64,000 nucleotides of DNA from a virus (taxonomy: Duplodnaviria > Caudoviricetes), in IMG/VR virus record IMGVR_UViG_3300016725_000002, positions 32,001 to 96,000 of that record; one strand, 5' to 3'. Shown piece by piece: positions 21,090 to 30,803 of this stretch. The notes under the pieces were generated by a model that did no database searches, was not told where the DNA came from, and saw only the letters and a list, made by a program, of their open reading frames with translations. Each line of letters begins with the position of its first letter. The first letter of the stretch is position 1. The position numbers were made by a program, and so were the translations under genes.

Positions 21090-22048
21090 AAGGAATGTTG
21101 GATAAACTTTATTGTATTTTCATCTAATTCATTATAATTCGGCAAGTATAAAATATCAGGAGTATATTTTGCATGATATACTATACAACTTTTAAAGAAA
21201 AAGTCTCCTTCAAAATCAAAAGAGGTAATAGTTTTATAATTATCATCGGAGGTTAAGTCTACTTTTCGCTTAACAAATTTGTTAAATTTAGCAATAGTAG
21301 CAGAAGCATTACATGCAATACATAATCTACTTGGTGAGGTTTGATCTTCCGCATGAATAACATTAAAAGGTAAGGATTCATATACACGTTGACGTTCTGC
21401 AATAATAGATGAATAATCATAAGTAATAAGTCGTTCTAACGCTAGTGTATTCATTTGTAAATTTAAACCTAACGCAAATGATTTATTACCTCTATGGAAA
21501 TTACCTTGAAACTGACATTCCATGAATCTTTCTAATAATGCAGGGTTGTTTATTATGCCACAACCACCTTCACCTAAATCAATAGTTTTCTTTTCAGAAA
21601 AACTTAAACATGAAATATCACCAATACCAAATGTATTAAAATCAGGCATAGTTGAACCAAGTGAATTACATGAATCTTCAATTAATACAATATTTCGCGC
21701 ATCACATAGTTCTCGGATTCGTAATATATCTCTATCAAGAATACCTAAATGGTAAACATAAATGATAGCACTAACTGCATAATTATCTACTAATTCTTTC
21801 ACACTGTCATAAGACATACATAAAGTATTAGGATTCACATCGGCAACCGCAATATTCAGTTTCATAAACCTAGCTACATTAAACCAAGCATGATAGCCAT
21901 AATTCGGGCCAATAACTAAACTACCTAATGGGGCATCACAACTATATAATGCACACATTAATGCAGATGTACCACTATTAGTAAAGACAACCGGAGATGT
22001 TGTCTTTGTTGCAGTATTGATTATAGATGCAGCTTGTTGTTCTAGCAC
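21077..22048 (-). CDS. DegT/DnrJ/EryC1/StrS family PLP-dependent aminotransferase
   Basis: FTNSGTSAL, LIEDSCNSLGS, SFSEKKTIDLGEGG (PLP lysine motif); GTG start with GGAGG RBS. Confidence 0.9.
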   Translation of the reverse strand: MLEQQAASIINTATKTTSPVVFTNSGTSALMCALYSCDAPLGSLVIGPNYGYHAWFNVARFMKLNIAVADVNPNTLCMSYDSVKELVDNYAVSAIIYVYHLGILDRDILRIRELCDARNIVLIEDSCNSLGSTMPDFNTFGIGDISCLSFSEKKTIDLGEGGCGIINNPALLERFMECQFQGNFHRGNKSFALGLNLQMNTLALERLITYDYSSIIAERQRVYESLPFNVIHAEDQTSPSRLCIACNASATIAKFNKFVKRKVDLTSDDNYKTITSFDFEGDFFFKSCIVYHAKYTPDILYLPNYNELDENTIKFIQHSLCFS

Positions 22049-22923
22049 AATAACCTCCTAAGTTGTTGTTTAACTAACAGTAACTTTGTAATCTCATGTT
22101 TATCAAAGCTAAAACAATTTCTTACACATTTTGAACAATTATTATTTACTGTATCGTATACTGAAAAATTAGTCAAAAGTTTTACCAAGTTCTCTTTCGT
22201 TAAGGGTAAAGTAATATGTCTATTTTTAACACTACAGAGGCATAAACAATTATGAGTAAAATCAACTGTTATAATACGTCCACTTTTAGCACAACCCTCT
22301 TGGTACTTTAATAATTCTTGATATGGTAGAATATTATTTGGGCAGTTATCATATAGTGTAGGGTGTTGTTGTTTAATATACTGTCTACTAGCAATAATAG
22401 TGTTATACTTTTCTTCCGTTAACTCTTCATCTAAAGGTAGTTCAAAGTCTAAGTATTTTAGTTGATATTGTTGTGTAATTGTATCTATTGCTTCTGTAGA
22501 ATAATGTGTAATTACTGCACCTGGTATTACATCAACGGTTGATTGAGTTGTTGAGTCGATATTTAAATCTGGTGTAATATGATAATGAACCTGTCCAATA
22601 TACGAAGAGAATTTAGTATGATAATTATGTTTAATGAACTCTCCATTAGTTGATATAGTAATATTCTGCTGATTTAAAGTAGTGAAGAATTGATTAAGCT
22701 TATCATATGATAACAAACCTATTTCTCCACCTTGAGCCAACATATGAATACGAAAATGTTGAGAGATAGTATTTATAAGATTGGATACCATTTTAATATT
22801 CTGTATAGTTAACTCATTAAATTCAATCTCGTCATTTAGTCGATAACGAGAAGCATAATTACAATAGCTACAATCCCAATTACATCTATCTATTAGTTGA
22901 AACTCCATATATAGATCAGTCAT
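22042..22923 (-). CDS. Radical SAM protein, short family; first gene of the operon
   Basis: CNWDCSYC, QGGEIGL, STNG; C...CLC...CSKCVRNC. Confidence 0.88.
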   Translation of the reverse strand: MTDLYMEFQLIDRCNWDCSYCNYASRYRLNDEIEFNELTIQNIKMVSNLINTISQHFRIHMLAQGGEIGLLSYDKLNQFFTTLNQQNITISTNGEFIKHNYHTKFSSYIGQVHYHITPDLNIDSTTQSTVDVIPGAVITHYSTEAIDTITQQYQLKYLDFELPLDEELTEEKYNTIIASRQYIKQQHPTLYDNCPNNILPYQELLKYQEGCAKSGRIITVDFTHNCLCLCSVKNRHITLPLTKENLVKLLTNFSVYDTVNNNCSKCVRNCFSFDKHEITKLLLVKQQLRRLLC

Positions 22924-22955
22924 ATTTCTCCCTGTAAACCAGTTTGTTGGTTTAG

Positions 22956-22964
22956 TATAAACTG
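22956..22964 (-). promoter_or_regulatory. Candidate phage late-promoter motif CAGTTTA(T/A) upstream of the rSAM operon
   Basis: + strand tataaactg; the same core recurs in intergenic gaps at 23100-23107, 29031-29038, 38570-38577, 54485-54493 and 60224-60231. Confidence 0.4.
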
Positions 22965-22980
22965 TTTATAGCATAAATGC

Positions 22981-23015
22981 AAAAAAAAACCCTACAGTCG
23001 TTAAACTGTAGGGTT
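22981..23015 (-). terminator. Rho-independent terminator
   Basis: Minus strand AACCCTACAGT-TTAACG-ACTGTAGGGTT followed by a T-run. Confidence 0.85.
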
Positions 23016-23095
23016 AAGTTGAAGGGGAGTTTCCTCCCCTTCTATATCCCACGTTGAAGGAGCCAAACAACGTGGGGAAATTGTTTATATCGTTC
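22981..23095 (-). ncRNA. Candidate small RNA with three consecutive hairpins
   Basis: Hairpin 23048-23076 (9-bp stem), hairpin 23021-23042 (9-bp stem, GAAA loop), then the terminator; CAGTTTAT motif upstream at 23100-23107. Confidence 0.4.
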
Positions 23096-23122
23096 AAATA
23101 TAAACTGTATTATCGCATTGGT

Positions 23123-23488
23123 TTATGACTCACTTTTTACAAAACTTGGTACAGTCGGCCAAGGTGTATTTGAACCACCTCCATCCCAAGGAGAACCAGA
23201 TATATTAGGTAGTTGGCGTAATTGTTCTATATATTTAAGTAACTCTATATACTGGTCATCTGTTATTGTAGTAGAAACATTAATTAACTTCTGCTGTTCA
23301 TGGCGTTGTGTCATCCAAATAACTTTATCCAACTCAGTATCGCGTAAATTACGCAGTTGTTGAAGTAAATCTAGTGTATTTAATATAGGTTCGACATATT
23401 CTACACTATAATATTCATCTACTGTGCATTCAGATGCATCTTTTACAGCTCTACACCCTCTATTATCAAGTCGGACTGCATAACTCAT
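23123..23488 (-). CDS. Phage tail (fibre) assembly chaperone-like protein
   Basis: LRNLRDTEL...W...RH...YIEQLRQLP...WPTVP pattern; directly follows a fibre gene. Confidence 0.7.
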   Translation of the reverse strand: MSYAVRLDNRGCRAVKDASECTVDEYYSVEYVEPILNTLDLLQQLRNLRDTELDKVIWMTQRHEQQKLINVSTTITDDQYIELLKYIEQLRQLPNISGSPWDGGGSNTPWPTVPSFVKSES

Positions 23489-24294
23489 TAGTTATCCTCC
23501 CAACCAATAACTCTAACTCGTGCATTAGCACCTTCAGTTGCAGCATAAATGTAACGGTTTTCTAGTAATATAGAAACAGGTATAGTAGAATAATTATTAT
23601 AGTTAGTTACACATTCTATCATTGTGGTATTTGAATTAGACTTCCAGCCATTATAAGTTGCATTATTATTAGGTGCAAGAATACAAGAATGTGAGGAACG
23701 ATATGTTACGGCTAGTAGTATCTTATTAGCTGTTGGTGGTATAAAAGCATCAACAGCTACAGCAGACAAAGTTAATGCATTACCATTATTAGTTGTACCA
23801 ACTATACCTGAAATAATAATTGGATATTCAGTAAGATTAGAACTAGCTACAACACCATATTGTGCTATATTATCCCAAATATTAATAGGTAATGGATATC
23901 TATTACCAGTTGTATCTGTTTTAAACCAACCTAATCGTGCAAAATATGCAAATCCCGTAGGAAGTGTAGGAGTAGTGCTAGATGCAGATATTAATAATTC
24001 AGCAACCGCAGTTGTTGCATTATATACAACATATACTGCATACCAAGTAGAACCTAAAATAGTACCAGTATCTAATCCTTTAATGCCAGAAACATTAGTA
24101 TTAGCTGTTAGAGATAAATTAGGTAAGGAAACATAGCTAGTACGCGATGTATTTCCTAATACTACTTCATCTGCAGTAACTGTTATTGCTGTACTTAAAC
24201 CTGTTGTACGCATGCGTACATTTCTACTTAATCCACTAACTGTAGGAATATCCGGAGCAACTAGTATTTCATTAACCCGTGTCAACTTTCCCAT
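23488..24294 (-). CDS. Tail fibre-type structural protein
   Basis: GLDTGT...WYAVYVV...PTLPTGFAYFARLGW motif common in tail fibre domains; T/S-rich. Confidence 0.65.
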   Translation of the reverse strand: MGKLTRVNEILVAPDIPTVSGLSRNVRMRTTGLSTAITVTADEVVLGNTSRTSYVSLPNLSLTANTNVSGIKGLDTGTILGSTWYAVYVVYNATTAVAELLISASSTTPTLPTGFAYFARLGWFKTDTTGNRYPLPINIWDNIAQYGVVASSNLTEYPIIISGIVGTTNNGNALTLSAVAVDAFIPPTANKILLAVTYRSSHSCILAPNNNATYNGWKSNSNTTMIECVTNYNNYSTIPVSILLENRYIYAATEGANARVRVIGWEDN

Positions 24295-24300
24295 GCATTT

Positions 24301-26046
24301 TTACCCCTTTAATTCCTTTATTAATCGTTGAAGCTCATGTGATTGAGTTAATAATTCAGAAACAGCTTTACTAGCATGGCCCATAGAAGTTGAAGTTTCC
24401 TCAGATATATTTGCTACTTGTTCAATTGCATGACTAATCTCTTCACTTGCAGCAGATTGTTCTTCACTTGCAGTTGCAATAGATTGAATCTGTGTATTAA
24501 CGTCATGCGTATATTGAAGTATGCTAGTTAATGCTTTACCAGATTCATTAGAGTAATTAGCTGTTTTATCAATTGCAGATGCAATTTCATCTACATTAAC
24601 TATATTTTTACGGGTGCTCTGTTGAATTGCATTAATTGAAGAGTTAACTTCTTTAGTAGCTGTCATAGTCTTTTCAGCTAGTTTACGAACTTCATCTGCA
24701 ACCACTGCGAAACCACGGCCAGCATCTCCAGCACGCGCAGCTTCAATAGCAGCATTAAGAGCAAGCAAGTTTGTTTGGTCAGCAATATCTGAAATGACAT
24801 CTATAATTTGGTTAATTTCATCAGCTTGTTTACCTAATATATCCATATCTTGTTTAATAACACTAGATTGTTGTTTAATATTATCAATAGCAGAAACAGT
24901 AGTATTAACTACAACATTTCCTTGTTCAGCTAAATCCTTAGTTTGTGTTGAAGCGGTTGCCGCCTGTTGCGCATTACGAGCAACTTCTAGCACGGTAGCA
25001 TTCATTTCTTCCATTGCAGTAGCAGTTTCACGAACACGGCTAGATTGTTCTTCTGCACCACGACTAGATTGTTCAATCTGAGCTGATAAAGATTCAGAAG
25101 CAACATTTAATACAGAAACAATAGATTCAAGACGATTAGCTGCTTCTATCATGCCTTCACTTTTTGCTAATTCAGCATGTTTAGTTGCTTCTTCAGCAAG
25201 TTGTGTAGCTTTCTTAGCAGATGAAGCTTCAGCTTTAGCTTGGTTGCTTTTATCTTCAGCTTCTCGTATTTTCTCTTTTAAATTAGATACCATTTTAATT
25301 AACACACTATAAACACCACCCGCAGTATCAACAGATTTAAAAGTTAAATCAAGATTACCATCTGCAATTTCAGTAGCAATATAATACAAATAATTAGGAT
25401 CTTCACCTAATTGACGTTTAACACTTCTAATAATAAAGAAAGATATAATAGCAGCAACAATCATACTACACGTCAACAGCACAATTACAAATGTCTTACC
25501 CTTTATAGCAGCTTGTTCTGCTAAATTAGAAGAAATAATACTTCCAGTATCATTAATAGTAATTAACTTTGCTAACGTATTAGATGCTTCATTATATATC
25601 TTTAATGAATTAACAGTTACCTGTGGATGAGCTTCATCTACTTTGTTAGCAACAAGCAATTCTTCCACTTTTGTTTGGGCAGTTACGTAATCTGTCCAAA
25701 CTTGTAGGAAATGATTAAAGGCTTCCTTCTCTTCCGGTTCAGAGATTAAACCTTTGTATTTGTCAATTGCTGCATTTATATCCTTAGTATTTTGTTGTAT
25801 CAATGAAGTATAATATTGCTTCTCTTGTTCACCATTAACTACCATTCTAGCTAATTCATAACGGCGATAACTATTAATGCGTGTATTTATTTCTCCAATA
25901 ATTTTGATTGAAGGAAGCCAGTTCTTTATTATTTCTTGAGTATTCTGGTTAATTGAGTTCATTTCTATTAATGATAATGCTCCTGTTATTACTGCAAATG
26001 AGGACAGAATAACAGAAAGTAATATTAATTTTATGGACAGTTTCAT
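24301..26046 (-). CDS. mcp: Methyl-accepting chemotaxis protein (two TM helices, periplasmic four-helix-bundle sensor)
   Basis: [40 protein letters not shown] signalling hairpin; N-terminal TM, WLPS sensor motif, second TM. Confidence 0.95.
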   Translation of the reverse strand: MKLSIKLILLSVILSSFAVITGALSLIEMNSINQNTQEIIKNWLPSIKIIGEINTRINSYRRYELARMVVNGEQEKQYYTSLIQQNTKDINAAIDKYKGLISEPEEKEAFNHFLQVWTDYVTAQTKVEELLVANKVDEAHPQVTVNSLKIYNEASNTLAKLITINDTGSIISSNLAEQAAIKGKTFVIVLLTCSMIVAAIISFFIIRSVKRQLGEDPNYLYYIATEIADGNLDLTFKSVDTAGGVYSVLIKMVSNLKEKIREAEDKSNQAKAEASSAKKATQLAEEATKHAELAKSEGMIEAANRLESIVSVLNVASESLSAQIEQSSRGAEEQSSRVRETATAMEEMNATVLEVARNAQQAATASTQTKDLAEQGNVVVNTTVSAIDNIKQQSSVIKQDMDILGKQADEINQIIDVISDIADQTNLLALNAAIEAARAGDAGRGFAVVADEVRKLAEKTMTATKEVNSSINAIQQSTRKNIVNVDEIASAIDKTANYSNESGKALTSILQYTHDVNTQIQSIATASEEQSAASEEISHAIEQVANISEETSTSMGHASKAVSELLTQSHELQRLIKELKG

Positions 26047-26063
26047 GTGTTCTCCTCGCCATC

Positions 26064-27209
26064 CTAGAATGACCTGTTATGTGCGTCACGATTCAGCAAT
26101 AAATGGGTATAAAACATATCATTTACAATTGTTCTACTTATTTTAGTAACAAAATATTTACCACTATAGTTAGCATCTAATTCATTACCATTAACACCTG
26201 GGCATTGTAAATTAACTAAATCCCATATCTTAATGGGGAAGAATGTACTAATAACGCTAACTTGGCACGTTTCCATGCCAAGCAAGGCACAACCATAATC
26301 ATAGTTGGCCTTACCCATATATGATTTAGGGTCATTAGACATTGAGCATTTAACAGGTTGAAGAGTTTTACGCTCAATATTTTTAGCCTTAGCTGCATCA
26401 TTATTAGTAAAATAAAACTTTACATCTGGTCTATGTAAAGTACGAATCCCACTGTCTTGTGAAACAATAGGTGTATCCATTCCATAACCAGCAATACTAT
26501 TCATCATACCTGTATTTGATACAAAATGTGGAATAGTCATTATTTGTAATTCTTTACTATTTTGAGGTTTATTCATTGAAAGTGTATATATTGCTTCTTG
26601 TTGTGATTGCTTACATGGATCAACTATGCGGTATTTACCGCTACTAGTTATACCCACGTTTACATAACTTTGAGGTAGAAAACAGTGACTAACTACATAA
26701 TCAAGAAACTTTTTATCAGTAGTATTACTTTGTATCCAAGGTTGTACTTCTTTACTAGTAGTCATTAAATTTGTATCCACTGTAAAGTATTTAGATGCTA
26801 CTTTTTGTAGCACTTCAGTGCCAGCACAAGGAGCAACACTCGTTAAAAATGGTGTTTGAGTAAATGCAGGAGCATAATATACACCAGTTGCGGAATAAAG
26901 TTTTAAACTATTTCCTAAATCTGTTACAGTTGGGTGTATTATTTGAAGTTTACTTTCTATCTTTTCAGGACTATTACGAGAGGTACTTAACACTATTGGT
27001 ATATGTTTATTCTCATTCCATTCATTTTGTAAGTCTTTACCTGCAATAAAGCTAATACGCCATGTAGGTAATAAGTTACCTGTTTCTTCAATTAAGATAA
27101 ACTCGTTAAACTTTGTAATGGTACTACAGTTCTTATTTTCAGTTAATGTCAGTTGTAATACATATTGATGGTCTACACCAAAGTATTGCTGTTGGCTTCT
27201 TTCGCCCAT
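26064..27209 (-). CDS. Putative baseplate hub / tail protein
   Basis: Position in tail module; C-terminal [13 protein letters not shown] typical of hub-like proteins. Confidence 0.45.
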   Translation of the reverse strand: MGERSQQQYFGVDHQYVLQLTLTENKNCSTITKFNEFILIEETGNLLPTWRISFIAGKDLQNEWNENKHIPIVLSTSRNSPEKIESKLQIIHPTVTDLGNSLKLYSATGVYYAPAFTQTPFLTSVAPCAGTEVLQKVASKYFTVDTNLMTTSKEVQPWIQSNTTDKKFLDYVVSHCFLPQSYVNVGITSSGKYRIVDPCKQSQQEAIYTLSMNKPQNSKELQIMTIPHFVSNTGMMNSIAGYGMDTPIVSQDSGIRTLHRPDVKFYFTNNDAAKAKNIERKTLQPVKCSMSNDPKSYMGKANYDYGCALLGMETCQVSVISTFFPIKIWDLVNLQCPGVNGNELDANYSGKYFVTKISRTIVNDMFYTHLLLNRDAHNRSF

Positions 27210-27213
27210 AATA

Positions 27214-27990
27214 TTACCTTAATGTAAACCACTTTTGGTATTCATCATATGAGAGTAATTTGTTACTTTGAAGTTGTATAGATCCCTGTGCAAAGAGTGG
27301 TACACCTAATGGATCGCATTCTTTAGATACCTCAAATGAACTATTTTGAAGTAATAAGTTAGTAGCAGTACACCATTTACCTATACGCAATATACAAGTT
27401 CCTTTTAATGCACCTTGAGAGATACCAAAAGGATTAGTAACATGTTCTTCAACTTGCTGAAGTGGTTCATACCCCATAGGTGAATTAAGAATACCTAAAG
27501 CATCTGAAGCCCCATTAGTTAATCCACTTAATACAGAACCGAAAGCTCCTTTTTCACCATCAGAAGCCTTCATAGGTAAACATCTAGCATTTAATGCAAT
27601 TACAGGTGTTAATGGGTTACAATTAGGATCTCCAGTTCTTGTATTTACGAATAATAAGTTTAAGTTGAAAGTAGGCTTTTCAGAACCTGTCCAATAACTT
27701 AAAGTTGTAATTGCAGGTCTGCGAGATATACCTTTAGCATTCATTATCATATCTGCAAGTTTACCAACTTTAGCACCTTTATCTCCAAGTAAACTTCCAC
27801 CCAATTCACCTAAGTTAACTGGCCCATCATACAAATCAGACCAAGAAGCAGCCGTTCCTAATCCTACATTTTCATCAATTAAAAAAGCTTTAATAATATT
27901 AGGGCCGTAGTTACCATCGCCCGCAAACATTAATACTACTTGAGTATTAGGGGCATTAATAATTCTATCAATTTCATAATTAGCATCCAT
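27214..27990 (-). CDS. Putative baseplate / tail tube initiator-like protein
   Basis: Adjacent to tube gene; WTGSEKPTFNL...LRIGKW...GVPLFA pattern. Confidence 0.4.
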   Translation of the reverse strand: MDANYEIDRIINAPNTQVVLMFAGDGNYGPNIIKAFLIDENVGLGTAASWSDLYDGPVNLGELGGSLLGDKGAKVGKLADMIMNAKGISRRPAITTLSYWTGSEKPTFNLNLLFVNTRTGDPNCNPLTPVIALNARCLPMKASDGEKGAFGSVLSGLTNGASDALGILNSPMGYEPLQQVEEHVTNPFGISQGALKGTCILRIGKWCTATNLLLQNSSFEVSKECDPLGVPLFAQGSIQLQSNKLLSYDEYQKWFTLR

Positions 27991-28009
27991 AATCTTGTCC
28001 TCCTATACT

Positions 28010-28044
28010 AAAAATAGGCTCGTAACCGAAATTACGAGCCTATT
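28010..28044 (-). terminator. Rho-independent terminator after the tail tube gene
   Basis: ataggctcgtaa-ccgaaa-ttacgagcctat stem with T-run on the minus strand. Confidence 0.85.
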
Positions 28045-28047
28045 ACG

Positions 28048-28584
28048 TTACACTTTTTCTTTGTTGAAATAGTCGTATGCAATGGAAAGAGCGGGTTTTA
28101 ACGGGTCAGCCGTAGCTGCATCTGCATCACCCTTTGTTGCTCCACCCAACTGACAGCCATATAACGTAAACTTATAATAAGGTTTATCTTGGTTATCAAG
28201 TAAATATAATATCATTGTACATTCAATATTTTTCTTATAATCAGTAGTACCCGGTGAACCATTCTTAGATGCCCAACCTGCTTCCTGCCAATCACCGAGG
28301 AATTGCAAGCAATAACCATCTGTTGTTTCATTAAGTGTTAATGTAATAGGAGAGTTATATGTACCAATACCTTGCTGGCGTACTTTATTACCACGAATTT
28401 GAATTTCCGTAGTTTCAATTTCCAATTCAGGTATTGACATTGATTCAGCACGAAAGTTGATATTATCAGTATCATAACTTCCAGTTAATGCAGAAGGAAA
28501 GGAAGAAAAAGCAACTGCCCATCTGAATGTTTGGGAAAAGTTGCCTAAAGAACGTAAATTTTCAACTGTTGGTCTATACGCCAT
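28048..28584 (-). CDS. Tail tube protein (T4 gp19-like); start at MAYRPT
   Basis: FRW...SMSIP...IRGNKVRQQG...ITLTLNET...FTLYGC...AYDYF; AAGGAG RBS before ATG at 28584. Confidence 0.8.
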   Translation of the reverse strand: MAYRPTVENLRSLGNFSQTFRWAVAFSSFPSALTGSYDTDNINFRAESMSIPELEIETTEIQIRGNKVRQQGIGTYNSPITLTLNETTDGYCLQFLGDWQEAGWASKNGSPGTTDYKKNIECTMILYLLDNQDKPYYKFTLYGCQLGGATKGDADAATADPLKPALSIAYDYFNKEKV

Positions 28585-28594
28585 ATTTTTCTCC

Positions 28595-28942
28595 TTAAAC
28601 AACCATGGGTATTTTTGTTAATTTAACTTTATACTTAGAGGCTAACTTACGAATGACAGGATAGATTTCTTCAGGAAAAGAAGTATTTCTATCAACTGTA
28701 ATTTTAATATCCTTAACGTGTTCACCATTATCATATTCTGAAACGGTATACACAGTATTAAGTTTATCTTCATTATAATGAACTTTAGTAATAGCTAACT
28801 TGCAACTTGATAACTGGGGAGAAAATTCCCCTAAAATAACAGAACCTCTAGTAGCTAAATATATGCATTCAGCAGGAAGAGATACTTTTATGTATGCTCC
28901 TGCTGTCACTTCTTGTTTTGTAGTGACTTCAACTAGCTTCAT
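28595..28942 (-). CDS. Hypothetical protein
   Basis: 115 aa, AAGGAG RBS, MKLVEVTT leader. Confidence 0.65.
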   Translation of the reverse strand: MKLVEVTTKQEVTAGAYIKVSLPAECIYLATRGSVILGEFSPQLSSCKLAITKVHYNEDKLNTVYTVSEYDNGEHVKDIKITVDRNTSFPEEIYPVIRKLASKYKVKLTKIPMVV

Positions 28943-28966
28943 AAGCTTCTCCTTAATAAAAGTAAA

Positions 28967-29024
28967 TGGGTTAGGGTAGATAGTTAGGGCTATCTACCCA
29001 AAGGGAGCTACCCTCTGTCCCCAA
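28967..29024 (-). repeat. Structured 58-nt motif, copy A
   Basis: TTGGGGACAGAGGGTAGCTCCCTTTGGG-N20-CCCTAACCCA; identical to 30804-30861 except for a 20-nt hairpin. Confidence 0.85.
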
Positions 29025-29066
29025 ATTTGGTTAAACTGTAATGCTGAAGGATGCGCCTGTTTTTGT

Positions 29067-30770
29067 TTAAACTACACATTGTTTTATTACCTCACAATTA
29101 TTTATTTCTTTAATTAGCTTCTTTTCAACTTTAGCAGTAATATGCTTCGGTTTACCTACAGAAGCATTATAATTTTGAGTTACTTTTTCTAAGTTATATC
29201 TGCAATTATTCCAAGTAATACTATCTTTATGATTAACAACATGTCTATCTTTCATTGTCATATTTAAGATATATCTATGAAATCGAATTGCATCTTTATT
29301 GGAAATAACGTAGTTTCCGTCACGCAATTGCCATTTAAATGCAAAGGCTTGTTTTAAATCCTTATAATCAAATATAAAGAATCCTTTAGTGCAATACATT
29401 TTCACTACTTTGTTACCTCTAAATGAGATAACATCATAGGATTGCTTTTTGCTATATTTCATATTTTGTATGGCATCAATTAACGATTCTGATAACTTCC
29501 AAGAATCTTTATGTTTTATAAACTCTTGTTTAGTAATTTTATACTTTTTACACACTTCTTTCATATTATTTAATGGATAAAATAATGGAAATTTATCCAT
29601 TATTGCGGTTACGGCTTTATTATATAAATAAGCTGATTTAACTCTAAGTAATGGATCATCTCTTCCAGAGCAAATCTTAATATACTTCAAATTAGACCAT
29701 TTAACATTAAATCCACAAGTAATATATTGTTTAGTACCACGTTTATTGCTTATAAATAACCCATAAATTCCTAACTTTGTTTCCTGTAAGAAGAAACAGT
29801 TTGCTGAAATATCAGCGTAGCTAGTAATTTTGATGGGTTTACACTTTAGTTGTTTTGCATAATATTCTACATCTAACTTTTCATTAATATCATCTCCATA
29901 TTTATCAATAAGGTAGTTTTTAATACATATTGCGGCCATTAAAGTTTTTGGACGTAATTCAATTAGCTGCCCATTAGAAGTTTGAAATCTTAATCTGTAT
30001 CCTCTGGTTTTACCAATACTAAGATCAGTAATGCCAGCAATACCTGTGTTAGATCGTGATTTAATATTCTTTGAATTGTGACTTATAGTTACACTTCGTA
30101 AATTATTACGAGTATTATCTAGTTTATTTTGATTACGGTGGTCAACAACATAACCTGATTTTACAGGTAAAACTAACTGATGAAGGAACCCAAGTTTTGG
30201 GTTATATGCATATCCTCTAGTAGCTAAACTCCAACGATACCCTTTTACAATATTTAAATCCTCAATAGAAACATAAGTGCATCCAACTTGCTCGCTTTGG
30301 CGGTTAAGAAGCTGCACTTTAACTTTATCTCCTAATATTTTTAGCCTACTAGGCTTCAATTTATTTGGAGTACAGTCATCCAAATCTAAGGAATCTAAGT
30401 TAGATAAAAATTTAGGTTGTTTTATATGGTGTGGTTTGAAATTTTGAGGATTAACACCAATAGGTAGCAACATTAAATTTTTACGTCTAAAATCAAGTTT
30501 ATTATTATTACGAAATGCTACATAATATCCATTAACATATTTTACAAGTGTTTGTTGTAATAATGTTCTATCTGTATATTTATTAGAGTTAGATATAAAT
30601 ACCCTTAAATCTGTTTTATTTAATCTCCAACGATATTTCTTTATTTTATCATAATCTTGTTTATCAAGTAATATCTCATTAAATTTATTGTTATATTTAT
30701 CTACTATATGTAAATGTACACCCATTCCATCTATGTGATATGGGTTTGGCTGAAAGCAATGTGTTTTCAT
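29067..30770 (-). CDS. Free-standing HNH homing endonuclease with repeated HNH-like modules
   Basis: VVDHRNQNKLDNTRNNLR, FRNNNKLDFRRKNL, VVNHKDSITWNNCRYNLE. Confidence 0.85.
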   Translation of the reverse strand: MKTHCFQPNPYHIDGMGVHLHIVDKYNNKFNEILLDKQDYDKIKKYRWRLNKTDLRVFISNSNKYTDRTLLQQTLVKYVNGYYVAFRNNNKLDFRRKNLMLLPIGVNPQNFKPHHIKQPKFLSNLDSLDLDDCTPNKLKPSRLKILGDKVKVQLLNRQSEQVGCTYVSIEDLNIVKGYRWSLATRGYAYNPKLGFLHQLVLPVKSGYVVDHRNQNKLDNTRNNLRSVTISHNSKNIKSRSNTGIAGITDLSIGKTRGYRLRFQTSNGQLIELRPKTLMAAICIKNYLIDKYGDDINEKLDVEYYAKQLKCKPIKITSYADISANCFFLQETKLGIYGLFISNKRGTKQYITCGFNVKWSNLKYIKICSGRDDPLLRVKSAYLYNKAVTAIMDKFPLFYPLNNMKEVCKKYKITKQEFIKHKDSWKLSESLIDAIQNMKYSKKQSYDVISFRGNKVVKMYCTKGFFIFDYKDLKQAFAFKWQLRDGNYVISNKDAIRFHRYILNMTMKDRHVVNHKDSITWNNCRYNLEKVTQNYNASVGKPKHITAKVEKKLIKEINNCEVIKQCVV

Positions 30771-30803
30771 GTTACTTCCAATTAGAGTTGGAGTTTTTGG
30801 TTT

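Noticed and set aside
2072-22923. Reading the rSAM operon as a 7-deazaguanine (QueE), NrdG, MoaA or other single-cofactor pathway
   Set aside because: No QueC/QueD/FolE/DpdA, NrdD or MoaC partners are recognisable in the window, and 16 paralogs do not fit those pathways; partners elsewhere in the genome cannot be excluded
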